From: Octopus vulgaris
Taxonomy: Eukaryota
DNA length: 64,000 bases
Assembly: GCA_951406725.2 (NCBI GenBank)
Contig: OX597833.1
Coordinates: forward strand, 54,684,001 to 54,748,000
Direction: 5' to 3'
Shown: piece by piece, positions 1-12,063 of the stretch
How positions within the stretch are numbered: position 1 is the first letter of the stretch
How the letters are laid out: each line of letters begins with the position of its first letter
Notes under the pieces: generated by a model
What the model was told of the DNA's origin: nothing
The model's input: the letters and a program-made list of their open reading frames with translations, nothing else
Databases searched by the model: none
Translations under genes and position numbers: made by a program

Positions 1-470
1 CACCGATACAGGTGCCAGGGGAGTCTGGCAGCGGCCACGATTGGTTGGTGCTTTTAACGTGCCACCGGCACGGAAGCCAGTCAAGGCGGCGCTGGCATCG
101 GTCACATTCGGATGGTGCTTTTTATGTGCCACCGGCACAGAAGCCAGTCGAGGTGGTGCTGGCATCGGCCACATTCGGATGGTGCCTTTTATGTGCCACC
201 GGCACAGGTATCACAACTACTATTTCCATTGATATTTATTTCGATGTTCATGTACTTGACTCAATAGGTCTCCTCATGCACAGTGGGTTGTTCTGAAATC
301 CAAGGTACTTTGAATGGGCAGGGGCTATGTGGAACTGGTGCAGGAAGCAGCCCGGGTCTTTGCAGTCACAGCATATCTCCAGAGATCTCGGTCCTTCGTC
401 ATTACCTCTGTGAGGCCCAACGCTCTGATCCCATGTCTTCCTGGGTCTACCTCTCCCCCTGATACCTTCA
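1..470 (-). mobile_element. RTE-clade LINE 3' fragment (end of ORF plus 3' UTR with ~60-bp tandem units)
   Basis: Reverse complement matches 42560-43100 (GRGRPRKTW-like coding segment, then GTGCCGGTGGCAC...AAAAGCACC units). Confidence 0.75.
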
Positions 471-865
471 ACTGTTTGGGAGCAGACATTAAATGATGAT
501 GATGATGATGATGATGATTCTACAAAAAAAAAGTATTTGTCTTTTCATTGTATTATTAGCCATGTAACTGTCTGAATTTTGAAGTGAAGACAACTTGAAT
601 GATATGTTAAATAATTGATTGACTATCTCGTTTTCCACCACTTAGAATTTAACACGTACATGATACAGAAACAAGCTGTCCATTGATATGGAACTATTAA
701 ATGTATTAGATATTAAATGTTTATACCATGTAATATCTTTTTATAGAATAACTATGATATCAACTAAAATAACATTTACTTATAACAATTTTTGCATCTG
801 CTAAAAGAAACTTTTTTTATATTTGATCAGAAGGAAAGTCTAGATGCATTTTAGATATGCTCACA

Positions 866-1476
866 TTCTTTTACTCTTTTACTCTTTTACTTGTATCAGT
901 CATTTGACTGCGGCCATGCTGGAGCACTGCCTTTAATCGAGCAACTCGACCCCGGGACTTGTTCTTTTGTAAGCCCAGTACTTATTCTATCGGTCTCTTT
1001 TGCCGAACCGCTAACTAACGGGGACATAAACACACCAGCATCGGTTGTCAAGCAATGCTAGGGGTACAAACACAGACACACAAACACACACACATATGCA
1101 GGTGGCACGTAAAAAGCACCCACTACACTCGCGGAGTGGTTGGCGTTAGGAAGGGCATCCAGCTGTAGAAACACTGCCAGATAAGACTGGAGCCTGGGGC
1201 AGCCCCTGGAGCCTGGGGTAGCCCCTGGCTCCCCAGATCCCGGTCGAACCGTCCAACCCGTGCTAGCGCGGAAAACGGACGTTAAACGATGATGATGATA
1301 TATATATACATATAAACGAAGGGCTTCTTTCAGTTTCCGTCTACCAAATCCACTCACAAGGCCTTGGTCGGCCCGAGGCTATAGTAGAAGACACTTGCCC
1401 AAGGTGCCACGCAGTGGGACTGAACCCAGAACCATGTGGTTGGTAAACAAGCTACTTACCACACAGCCACTTCTGC
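866..1476 (-). mobile_element. SINE family A (tRNA head, CORE-like domain, internal TA/TG microsatellite, (AAAAGAGT)n tail), with an RTE tail nested at 1098-1298
   Basis: Head GGAGTGGCTGTGTGGTAAG...GGGTTCAGTCCC, CORE-like CACCTTGGGCAAGTGTCTT; more than 20 copies in the window. Confidence 0.9.
1098..1298 (+). mobile_element. RTE LINE 3' tail ending in (GAT)n, inserted in the SINE microsatellite
   Basis: Matches 43065-43263. Confidence 0.85.
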
Positions 1477-2282
1477 ATGGCATTTTTAAAAAATATTTGC
1501 AGCAAAATAATCTTCAATTTTTATGTTCTAATGTCCTTTTTCTTTATTTCTTTCTAGGTTATTTTATACCACAGTGGTTAAATCCACATCAATTTTTACG
1601 CTTTTAAAATGATTTTGGATCAGATACTGCATGTCGTACCAATTCAGAAATGGAAGTGGCAAGAAATGTTTGTGCTGTGTTTGGAAATGAAGCTTTAAGA
1701 ATCCAGATGTGCCAGACATCTGACCAATTTTCCTCAGGAAATTTTTCTTTTGCTGATTCCCTTCAATCTGGACAACCAAGTTCTGTTGATATCAAGCTTC
1801 TACAAACCATTGTTTTCAAAAAATTTAGAATGATTTTGAGGAAAATTTTGAAAGGCTTTTCGAAGGATTTTTGATGAAATTTTTTCTTCTCAATTTAGTC
1901 TGACACCTGACAAATTTTCCTTATCAAATTTTTCTTTTGATGATTCCCTTCAAACTGGACAACCAAGTTCTGTTGATATCAAGCTTCTCCAAACCATTGT
2001 TGAAGAAAATTCGAAGCAAACAGCATAAAGATTCGCAAACCAGTTCAATTCAAGTCACACTTCACTACTAATGTCAAACTTGAGAATTTCTTGTGAATCA
2101 CTTTAAATCTAAATGCAAATAAATATCCTCTTTATTAAAATTCCAATGTAAATCTCCTGTATTTAAATAAACTGTCCACTCCTTACCCACAGTGTTGAAA
2201 CATTAGCAAATGTATTCCTAAAGTGTATTTTGATGGAAAGTCTTTCAACCAAACCTTTTAATATTATAACAATGTTTAATAA

Positions 2283-2441
2283 GGCATAGGAGTGGCTGTG
2301 TGGTAAGTAGCTTACTTACCAGCCTTATGGTTCCAGGTTCAGTTCCACTGCATGGCACCTTGGGCAAGTGTCTTCTACAATAGCTTCGGACCAACCAAAG
2401 CCTTGTGAGTGGATTTGGTAGACGGAAACTGAAAGAAGCCC
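2283..2441 (+). mobile_element. SINE A, 5' part
   Basis: Head and CORE-like domain only. Confidence 0.85.
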
Positions 2442-2783
2442 AATAAAGCACCTTCACGAAACAGGAAAAATTTTCTAAGCTTGGTCAGTTGACCCCTCAT
2501 TATCTGACTGTTTCTCAATTTTGTCAAAGAGTTATCCTCTGCTCACCACTGAGGAGTAGAGTTGTTACTGAATCTTTCCTGGGTAAAATTAGCATAAGTG
2601 AAGAGGAGTTCTTTATTATCTTATCCAATGAAAATGACAATGGTTAACACCCAATGAAAAAGGAGAATCCATCCCCAAACGAGGACTACAACTGAAAAGA
2701 GATATGTTTTGCATTTGTTGGGGTATGAACAATATTGTCTCTCATGATGTGTTACACCAAAATCAAATCCAAGGATACATCCA

Positions 2784-2949
2784 AGGCACAGGAGTGGCTG
2801 TGTGGTAAGTAGCTTGCTAACCAACCACATGGTTCCGGGTTCAGTCCCACTGCGTGGCACCTTGGGCAAGTGTCTTCTGCTATAGCCCCGGGCCGACCAA
2901 TGCCTTGTGAGTGGATTTGGTAGACGGAAACTGAAAGAAGCCTGTCGTA

Positions 2950-3014
<65 letters not shown>

Positions 3015-3233
3015 TTGTGTGTGTGTGTGTTTGTGTGTCTGTGTTTGTCCCCCTAGCATTGCTTGACAACTGATGCTGGTGTGTTTATGTCCCCGTCACT
3101 TAGTGGTTCGGCAAAAGAGACCGATAGAATAAGTACTGGGCTTACAAAGAATAAGTCCCGGGGTTGATTTGCTCGACTAAAGGCAGTGCTCCAGCATGGC
3201 CGCAGTCAACTGACTGAAACAAGTAAAAGAGTA
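2784..3233 (+). mobile_element. SINE A, full length
   Basis: Head, CORE-like domain, (TA)n(TG)n tract and tail all present. Confidence 0.9.
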
Positions 3234-3901
3234 AGACACTTGCCCAAGGTGCCATGCAAGTGGTTGGTAAACAAGCTACTTACCACACAGCCATTCCTAC
3301 GCCTACATATATACATTTATACACGTGTGTATATGAAGGAAAAGAAAACACAATATTGCATCCTGAATTATTTTAAAAGATCAAAACTGTCAACTAGATT
3401 ATGACTGGGAGATATCAGTTTACACAAAATAGCAGCCCTCAACTTCCACCATCACCTCAACTTGGCTCCAGAACCTGGTACATGCATTACCCATCGTATC
3501 TCTGGCAAGTTGTTTGAATACCTCTTTGATTCTGGCTTTATGTGGTTACTCTGGTATGTGCACAAATATACTCTTTTACTCTTTTGCTTGTTTCAGTCAT
3601 TTGGTATGCCTTTATCTCTACTAAATATAAATGCAGATGTGTTACCTAAGATTAATTTTTGAGGATCTGATCAAAGATTCTGCAATTCAAAAAAGTAGGA
3701 GGAAACTTTTCAAATATAAATAAAGTGGAAGTATAAAAAAAATAAACATTATTTTCCCTCTTACTGTTTTGTTTCGTATTGAATAATAAAAAATTATTTT
3801 ATGGTTTGTTACAGCTTATATTTTGAATTAGATAATCTTTGGTGTTGCAAGCAGAGTGGTTGGTGCCTTCCTCAGCCATGCCCCATACATAGTAAACCAT
3901 G

Positions 3902-4329
3902 CAGCACTGGATTAACCATTAAGCAAAATAAGCAGGTGCTTAGGGCATCAAGGGAAGGAGAGGGTGCCACAGAAGTGGTAAATGGTCTACAGCACAAAAG
4001 AAATCACTTTAAACTTGCTAAAATAATATTCGGGATGCCTTTATCTATATTAAGTATAGACGCAGATGTGTTACTTAAGATTAATTTTGAGGATCTGATT
4101 CAAAGACTTTGCAATTCAAAAAAGTAGGAGGAAACTTTTCAAATATAAATAAAGTGGAAGTATAAAAAAAATAAACATTATTTTCCCTCTTACAGTTTTG
4201 TTTCTTATTGAATAATAAAAATTTATTTTATGATTTGTTGCAGCTTATATTTTGAATTAGATAATCTTTTATGGGGAGACCAAAATCTATTAAGTTCTTA
4301 GAGCCCTGACGGGTCTTAATCCAGCCCTG
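3902..4329. mobile_element. hAT-like MITE
   Basis: TIRs CAGCACTGGATTAA / TTAATCCAGCCCTG; degenerate 8-bp TSD AAACCATG/AATCTATG; second copy at 50362-50783; internal segment also duplicated at 3602-3840. Confidence 0.7.
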
Positions 4330-4426
4330 AATCTATGGGGTTGCAACTGGGGGAATAAGACGTTTTGCCTTTTGTTTGCATATTTAATAAGCACAATAAA
4401 CCAAATCCAGAAAAAGATATAAAACT

Positions 4427-4740
4427 GGCACCACATTGGTTATGATGACAAGGAATCCAGTTAATCTGATCAATAGAACAACCTGTTCATAAATTTTTGT
4501 GCAAGTGGCTGAGCACTCCACAGACATGTGTACTCTTAATGTAGTTCTCATGGAAATTCAGCATGACACAGAATGTGACAAGGCTGACGCTTTGAAATAC
4601 AGATACAACTAGTTTTTATCAGCTGAGTGAACTGGAGGAAAGTGAAATAAAGTGCCTTACTCAAGGACATAACACACCAATGTATATTCAACTCATAACT
4701 TCATGATCATGAGCTAAATACCCTAACCCCTCAGCCACGT
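4427..4740 (-). mobile_element. SINE family D (tRNA head, GTCCTTGAGCAAGACACTT CORE-like domain)
   Basis: Homologous to 33070-33396. Confidence 0.75.
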
Positions 4741-4751
4741 GCCTTTGTTTG

Positions 4752-5053
4752 TTATTTGTTCCTTCTTGAGTCATGTCTGGCTCATAAGGGCCGGTTTCCC
4801 GGTTTCTTGGCATATAGGTTCCACGCCTGGACAGGACGCCGGTCTGTCGCAGGTGAGCTGCAAGATGCAGGAGGAAAGAGTGAGAGAAAGTTGTGTCGAA
4901 AGAATCAGCAGAAGTTCGCCATTACCTTCTGCCAGAGCCATATGGAGCTTAGGTGTTTCGCTCATAAACACACACATCGCCCGGTCTGAGATTCAAACCT
5001 GCGACCCCTCGACCGCAAGTCCGCTGCTCTAACCACTAGGCTATGTGCCTCCA
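4752..5053 (-). mobile_element. SINE family C variant (tRNA head, different tail)
   Basis: Head shared with 7817-8126 and 16756-17056; tail shared with 58510-58600. Confidence 0.75.
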
Positions 5054-5089
5054 CCACGTGCCTTTACTAGATACAGATATATAATATTA

Positions 5090-5610
5090 TGGGATGGCAA
5101 TCAACAATCTCCTCTTAATAGATGGTCTCAAATTGTATGTTGTAAATGGCAAACAACTGAAAAACGTGTTACATACTGCACACAGTTTATATAAGAAAAC
5201 TGGCTTGATATTTTGTCCTGATATATGCATCGAAATTGTCTTGAAGACTGGAAAATTAATAACACTTACTAATATCATTGTTAGCTAAAGAAACAGAGAT
5301 AAAAGAATTAGACTAAACACAGACATAGGAATACTTAAGAATTCATGAACACACACAAATGAAAGAAAAGGTTAGGAATGAATATTATAAATATTTTAAG
5401 ATGCATTAGGTTAATACTTAAAGCAGAGCTAAATGTCAGAAATAAGGAAATAATTATCAATATTCTTGCTAAGTAATAGTTTTAATAATGTTGACTGGAG
5501 GCTAAGTAAATGAGCAAGATCAGAAAAACAAAACATATAATGACTTATTCTATGCAAGATTATATTTACCATGGCATAAGAAGGTAGAGGCCTTCGGCAG
5601 GAAATAAGAA
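5090..5610 (+). pseudogene. Degraded R4/Dong-clade non-LTR reverse transcriptase fragment
   Basis: INNLLLIDGLKLY (cf. INHLLYMDDLKLY), GLIFCPDICIEI (cf. GMEFGLDKCA), MKEKVRNEY, RLYLPWH..GRGLRQ (cf. RLYLPRKEGGRGL). Confidence 0.75.
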
Positions 5611-5689
5611 GTTATTAAAAATATCAGGTGTGACCGTGTAGAGTTTAGCTTCAAAGTGTGTAGTTTCAGTATGTGCTTTCTCCACTGTA

Positions 5690-7450
5690 TATTTTTGAGG
5701 AAAAATTTACAAAAATATTTTAAAATATTTTTGAGAAAAATTTTCAAAAATTTTTGGGGAAAATTTTTAAAAAATTATGAAAAAATTTTTGGAGAAAATT
5801 TTGAAAGAATTTAAAAAATATTTTGGAGGAAAATTTTCAAAAATTTTTCGGAAAAATTTTCAAAAATTTTTGAGGAAAATTTTCAAAAATTTCTGAAGAA
5901 AATTTTCAAAAACTTTTTTTTAAATTTGAGGAAAATTTTTAAAAAATTTTCAGGAAAATTTTCAAAATATTTTCAAAATTTTGAAATATTTATGGGAAAA
6001 ATTTTCAAAAAAAGATAGCCGAAGATTTTCGGAAACTGCCGGAAATTGCCGGAAATATCCGGAGTTTGCCGGAGATACCTAGATTTTGCCGGAAAAATTA
6101 GCAAAATTTCTAAAATTTATGAAAAGTTTGTGAAAAATGTTTTTAAAATTTTAAGGATAATTTTCAAAAATTTTTGGGAAAAATTTCCAAAAAATTTGGG
6201 AAAACTTTTCAAAAAAATTTTGGGAAAAATTTTGAAAAATATTTCGAAAAATTTTGGGAAAAATTTTCAAAAATATTCTGTAAAATTTTTGAGAAAAATT
6301 TTCAAAACTTTTTGGGGAAAATTTTCAAAAAACTTTGTGAAAATTTTCAAAAAGTTTAGGGGGAAAATTAAAAAAAATTTGGGGAAAAATTTTCAAAAAT
6401 TTTTGGGGAAAATTTTCAAAACATTTTGGGGAAAATTTTCAAAAATTTTTGAGGAAAATTTTCAAAAAATTTTTTTTTATTTATTTTTAATTTTTAGTAA
6501 AAAATTTTTCAAAACTGTTTGGGGAAAATTTTTTAAATATCGTGGGGGAAAATTTAGAAAAATTTTTCGGAAAAATTTTCAAAAATTTTGGGGGAAAATT
6601 TTAAAAGATTTTTGGGGAGAATTTTCAAAAAACTTTTTGAAAAATTTTTGAGGAAAATTTTTAAAAAATTTGAAGAAAATTTTCAAAATATTTTCAAAAT
6701 TTTGAAATATTTTTGGGAAAAATTTTTTTTTAAATTTTCAAAAAAGGATAGCCGAAGATTTTCGGAAACTGCCCGAAATCGCCGGAGATTGCCGGAAATT
6801 ACCAGAAATTTCCGGTAATTTCCGGCAATCTCCGATAATTGCTGGAGTTTGCCGGAGATACCTGGGTTTTGCCGGAAAATTGAGCAAAATTTCTAAAATT
6901 TATGAAAAGTTTTTGGGAAAAATTTTTTTTTAATTTTAAGGAAAATTTTCAAAAATTTTGGCGAAATTTTCCCAAAATAGCATTTTGGGAGATTTCCCAA
7001 TAATGCTGGGTGTTAAAACACCTAGGAGAGAGTGAGATAGGCGGAGATAGATTGAGATAGGTGAAGATAGAGTGTGATAGGTGGCGATACAGTGAGATAG
7101 GCAGAGATGGAGTGAGATAAGCAGAGATAGGCAGAGATTGCCGGAGATTGGCAGAGATAGGTGGAGATTGCCGGAGATAGGCGGAATAGCATTTTGGGAG
7201 ATTTTCCAATAATGCTGGGTGTTAAAACACCTGGGAGAGTGTGAGATAGGCAGAAATAAAGTGAGATTAAGGGGGTTTGCCAGAGATTGGCGCAGTTTGC
7301 CGGAGATTGGCACAGTTTGCCTGAGATTAGTGCAGTTTGCTGGAGATTGCCGCAGATTGGCGGAGTTTGCCAGAGGATGCCAGTGTTTATCGGAGATTGC
7401 CGGAAATTGCCGGAGTTTGCCGGAGATTGCCGGCAAAAATTTTCCCCAAA
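5690..7450. repeat. Composite satellite-like array: ~22-bp TTTTGGGGAAAATTTTCAAAAA units plus 10-bp GCCGGAGATT/GGCAGAGATA units
   Basis: Direct inspection; larger internal direct repeats at ~5965-6130/6685-6910 and 6977-7045/7186-7252. Confidence 0.85.
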
Positions 7451-7454
7451 ATGT

Positions 7455-7795
7455 TCCGATCAATGGAACAGCCTGTTTGTGAAATTAACGTGCAAGTGGC
7501 TGAGTACTCCATAGACACGTGTACCCTTTACGTAGTTCTAGGGGTGATTTAGCGTGACACAGATTGTGACAAGGCTGGCCCTTTGAAATATATGTACAAT
7601 AGCAGCAGGAAGAAAGAGTGAGAGAAAGTTGTCATGAAAGAGTATAGTAGGGTTCACCACTACCCCCTGCCAGGGCCTCATGGAGCTTTAGGTGTTTTAA
7701 CTCAATAAACACTCACAACACCCAGTCTGGAAATTGAAACTGCAATCTTATGGTTGCGAGTCCACTGTCCTAACCACTGGGCCATTGCACCTCCA
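7455..7795 (-). mobile_element. Chimeric SINE: family C head and body with family D tail
   Basis: 7600-7795 matches family C; 7455-7595 matches the family D 3' half. Confidence 0.7.
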
Positions 7796-7816
7796 CATAT
7801 GTATGTATGTCTTTAT

Positions 7817-8126
7817 GTCACCGTCAAGGTGACTGACCAGGCTATCAGATGTTGCTACACATCGCTGGTCACAATGCACTTCACACTGTTTTAGCCTTGA
7901 AATGACGCCACCCTGCTGGCTAAGCGAGCAGGCCAACAGAAGAAAGAGTGAGAGAAAATTGTGGCGAAAGAGTAGAGCAGGGATCGCCACCACCCCCTGC
8001 CGGAGCCTCGTGGAGCTTTAGGTTTTTTGGCTCGATAAACACTCACAATGCCCGGTCTGGGAATCGAAACCGCAGTCCTACAACATCGAGTCCGCTGCCC
8101 GAACCACTGGGCCATTGCACCTCCAC
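7817..8126 (-). mobile_element. SINE family C (tRNA-like head)
   Basis: GGAGGTGCAATGGCCCAGTGG (A box)...GGTTTCGATTCC (B box); copy at 16756-17056. Confidence 0.85.
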
Positions 8127-8141
8127 ATGTCTTTATGTATG

Positions 8142-8555
8142 TACTCTTTTACTCTTTTACTTGTTTCAGTCATTTGACTGCGGCCATGCTGGAGCACGGC
8201 CTTTAGTCGAGCAAATCGACCCCGGGACTTATTCTTTGTAAGCCCAGTACTTATTCTATCGGTCTCTTTTGCCAAACCGCTAAGTAACGGGGACATAAAC
8301 ACATCAGCATCGGTTGTCAAGCAATGCTAGGGGGACAAACAAAGACACACAAACATACACACACACACATATATATACATATACATATATACGACGGGCT
8401 TCTTTCAGTTTCCATCAACCAAATCCACTCACAAGGCTTTGGTCGGCCCGAGGCTATAGCAGAAGACACTTGCCCAAGGTGCCACGCAGTGGGACTGAAC
8501 CCAGAACCATGTGGTCGGTAAGCAAGCTACTTACCACACAGCCACTCCTGCGCCT
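8142..8555 (-). mobile_element. SINE A, full length
   Basis: All family A modules present. Confidence 0.9.
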
Positions 8556-9137
8556 ATACATGTATATATAAAATATATCAAAACACATTCCTACACAAAA
8601 CTCAAATAAAAACAAATAAATCACTCTTACCTGGATCTATTTGTCTGATGAAGTAGAAATAAAAATCGGTGTTGTTTATAATTAGTCCTAGCAACATTTC
8701 CATTACTTTATTATAGCATAGCGCTGCACAAAAAATGTCTTATGGCCTGCATCAACCATTAAACATTAATCTTTCTGCTTCACCAACAGCTTTTGATGGT
8801 ATTTTGATGTCGCCAAATCACCAACGAATCTTACATTTTAATAAAAAGGTAAAAAAGAAATTGGTCTAATGGAAAATCCTGTAATGATACACTACTTTTG
8901 ATTAAAATTAATAAAGAAGACATTTTGTTTTTTTTTGTTTGTTTTTTTAGTTTATTTCAAGTTTTTTTTTATTTTTGATTTGTTCTCTTTTTTTGGGGGT
9001 TTGCTTTTTATTCTTTTAGCTTTATAGACCGAAAGACAATTTTGTTTTTTTCAAACTTTTATATGGAAATGTAAAGTGAATAGGCATTTTGCTACTCAGC
9101 AGCAAAATTACAATTTGTGGACATGTACGTATTTCTA

Positions 9138-9515
9138 CACACACACATATGTGCATATTATATACATATATACACACATACACACACATATGTATGTATG
9201 TATATATATATACACACACATATATGTATATATATATACACACATATGTGCATATTATATACATGTATATACACACATGCATATATTTGTATATATATAT
9301 ATATACACACACACATATGTATGTATATATATATACACACACACATATATGTATATATATATATATACACACACATATGTGCATATTATATACACGTATA
9401 TACACACATACACACACACATATATTTGTATATATATATATATACACACACACATATATGTATATATATATAAACACACACATATATGTATATATATATA
9501 TAAACACACACATAT
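9138..9515. repeat. (TA)/(CA) compound micro/minisatellite
   Basis: Direct inspection. Confidence 0.9.
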
Positions 9516-9544
9516 TATTTTTTATTTATTTTATTTAATTTTTT

Positions 9545-9741
9545 TTTTTTATCTAGTTACAGCTCACGAGCTGTGGCCATGCTGGGGCGCCGCCATTTGG
9601 TGTTGCTACAGGATTTTACTTCACGAACACTTTTTAGCAATTGCCATTTGGTGCATAGAGAGTTCAATGCAGCTGCCCTCATCTGCACCTCCTGTCGTGA
9701 AGTTGGTTCATCTGGGACACCTGACAGGAAGAGATCCAGTT
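9545..9741 (-). mobile_element. 3' end of a CR1/L2-group LINE
   Basis: LDLFLSGVPDEPT..RAAALNSL C-terminal motif followed by the tail GGCGGCGCCCCAGCATGGCCACAGCTC; tail-only copy at 37219-37285. Confidence 0.65.
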
Positions 9742-9783
9742 ATATTATATACACATATATACACACATACACACACGCACATA

Positions 9784-9829
<46 letters not shown>

Positions 9830-9857
9830 TATGATCATCCCCATTATGATCATCATC

Positions 9858-10125
9858 ATCATCATCATTTAATGTCCATTTTCCATGCTGGCATGGGTTA
9901 CATGGTTGAACTGGAACTGATAAACTGGAGAGTTGCACCAGGCTCCGGTGTGATTTTGGCATCGTTTCTATGGCTGGATGCCCTTCCTAACACCAACCAC
10001 TCTGAGAGTATAGTGGGTGCGTTTTACAGTGTTACCAGCATGGGTGCTTTTACATGTCACCAACACAGGTGCTTGTATGAGTCACCAACATGGATGTTGT
10101 TAGGTATCACTGGTACCAACCACAA
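9858..10125 (-). mobile_element. RTE LINE 3' tail, diverged
   Basis: (CAT)n followed by GCTGGATGCCCTTCCTAA motif. Confidence 0.75.
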
Positions 10126-10129
10126 TGGA

Positions 10130-10580
10130 GGAATTACAACCGTGTTTCGTGGTCTGCTACCACAACAGCTCCTTTATAGGATCCAGTTAGCTCAAGACAT
10201 CATCAGGAGGGACCACGTCCGGTTTCGGCCCCTACTCCTCTACCGTTTTGACGTGGCGCCCCTCCCCCTTTTGGAGGTGTCTTCAGCTCTGGTGCTGGGT
10301 GCATGTCTTCTTTCTTCTTCTTTCTTCTGTTCCCTGGCCTTTTCGATGTATCATCAGTGAGTGTCAGCCAGTGACTGACTGTCTTGTCAAATTTTTCCCT
10401 TTAAATACCTGCCACATAGGCTCCAGCAGGCAGCCCCAGCAAGTTGTCACGTGACACTGTCTCACCTTAACTGACTAGTGAAGGCGCATAGTTTTAGCCC
10501 ACGCTTTTTCTAAATGACCGTCACCTGTCAGTCAGCTTGTCTCACCTAATGATGTTATTTCCTGTCAGCGTGTTTATGAT
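10130..10580 (-). mobile_element. Penelope-like pseudo-LTR with tandem hammerhead-like cores
   Basis: On the minus strand: CTGATGA (10351-10357), CTGAAGA..GAAACC..GGTC (10286-10211), CTGATGA TGTCT..AGAC..GAAAC (10206-10144); TATTTAAA upstream. Confidence 0.5.
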
Positions 10581-10604
10581 TACTCTTGGCTTGATGAAAC
10601 TTCT

Positions 10605-10840
10605 TAAGCATCACTGGGCACAGGAGGCATCAGAACTGGTGCGCAAAAAAGATGAATGCACTGGTATGGTCATGTGATGCATATGGATGAGGACAGCAGT
10701 GTAAAGAAGTGCCGTTTTCAACCCGTGGAGGGAACCTGTGGAAGAGGTACAGTCAGGAAGTTATGGGATGAGGTGGTGAAGCAAGATCTTTGAATGTGGG
10801 GTCTCACAGAAGTGATGACAAGCGACCTTTGGTGATTTAC
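10605..10840 (+). mobile_element. RTE LINE C-terminal coding fragment, degraded
   Basis: WYGHVMHMDEDSSVKKC..VEGTCGRG..WDEVVKQDL, paralogous to 42480-42680. Confidence 0.8.
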
Positions 10841-10992
10841 TATGCTAAATATTTTGCTGGCATGCTAACATTTCTGTCAGCTTGCCGCCTCTGATAATAA
10901 TATTAATAACCGTAGGCTGCAGGCAGCAAGCCCACTACACATCCAAGACTCCAGAGGTTGCAACAAAACCTGAGATAAAAAGAATAATAATA

Positions 10993-11220
10993 TTTTCTAC
11001 TCTAGGCACAAGGCCCGAAATTTTGGCGGAGGGGGGAGCAGTCAATTAGATTGACCCTAGTACATAACTGGTACCTAATTTATCGATCCTGAAAGGATGA
11101 AAGGCAAAGTCGACCTTGGTAGAATTTGAGCTCAGAACATTAAAACAGATGAAATACCACTAAGTATTACTGCTAAGCATTTTGCCCGGCGTGCTAACGT
11201 TTCTGCCAGCTCGCTGCCTT
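10993..11220 (-). mobile_element. SINE family B (tRNA-like head, GGTCGACTTTGCCTTTCATCCTTTC Meta-like domain)
   Basis: Further copies at 11446-11643, 19492-19706, 36553-36695 and 55006-55224. The Meta-domain assignment is from memory. Confidence 0.8.
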
Positions 11221-11879
11221 AAAAAATAATAATAATAATAATAATAATAATCCCTCTCTCTCTTTCGGAGAGGCACTGAGCACCTACATGCACACATACA
11301 CACACTGCAGTAACTTCCGCCTACCGAATTCAATTACAAAGCTTTGGTCGACTCAGGGCTATAGTGGAAGACACCTGCCCAAATTGCCAAGCAGTGGGAC
11401 TGAACCCGAAACCATGTAGTGATAATAATAATAATAATAATAATACTTTCTACTATAGACACAAGGCCTGAAATGTTAGTGGTGAGGGCTAATTAATGAT
11501 ATCAACCCTAGTATTCAACTGGTTCTTAAGGATGAAACGGAAAAGCTAACCTCAATGAAATTTGAACTCACCACAACAGGACTGACAAAATGCTACTAAA
11601 CACTTTGTCAAGTGTGCCAATGGTTCTGCAAGCTCACTGCCTTGCCATATCAAATAAATGAATCCCTTAAACTTGATCTGAAATGTAAAACCCAACTGAG
11701 AAAAGTTTTTAAACAACTGCATTGAACTTTGATGAACGACTGTAGTTTTTAATCAAATGCGAAGTTTGTAGTAACAGACAGACAAAACGGGAACTTTTAA
11801 CATTTGAGCTGCAGCTAAAGCAATTTAAAGATGGAATAAGTTTCTTGAGTTTGTTAAAAGAAGAAGACGTAGTAGAAAA

Positions 11880-12063
11880 TGAAGAAGAAAAAGAAGAAGA
11901 AGAAGAAGAAGAAGAAGAAGAAGAAGGGGAAGAAGAAGAAGAAGAAGAAGAAGAAGAAGAAGAAGAAGAAGGGGAAGAAGAAGAAGAAGAAGAAGAAGAA
12001 GAAGAAGAAGAAGAAGAAGAAGAAGAAGAAGAAGAAGAAGAAGAAGAAGAAGAAGAAGAAGAA
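11880..12063. repeat. (GAA)n microsatellite, ~60 units
   Basis: Direct inspection. Confidence 0.95.

Larger units (their letters stand above)
1590..3470 (+). pseudogene. Degraded mariner (Tc1/mariner) transposase, interrupted by SINEs
   Basis: ARNVCAVFGNEAL..FSSGNFSFADSLQSGQPSSVD (HTH region); KLGQLTPHYL (WVPHEL-like, ~2478-2510); QWLTPNEK..PKRGLQ..ICWGMNNI; DWEI..SP..PPS near 3400-3455. Many stops and frameshifts. Confidence 0.75.

Noticed and set aside
1395-1607. Recurrent MPKVPRSGTEP... ORFs at many loci
   Set aside because: Antisense translation of the SINE A head.
6046-7552. Lys/Phe-rich and repeat ORFs
   Set aside because: Products of the 22-bp and 10-bp arrays.
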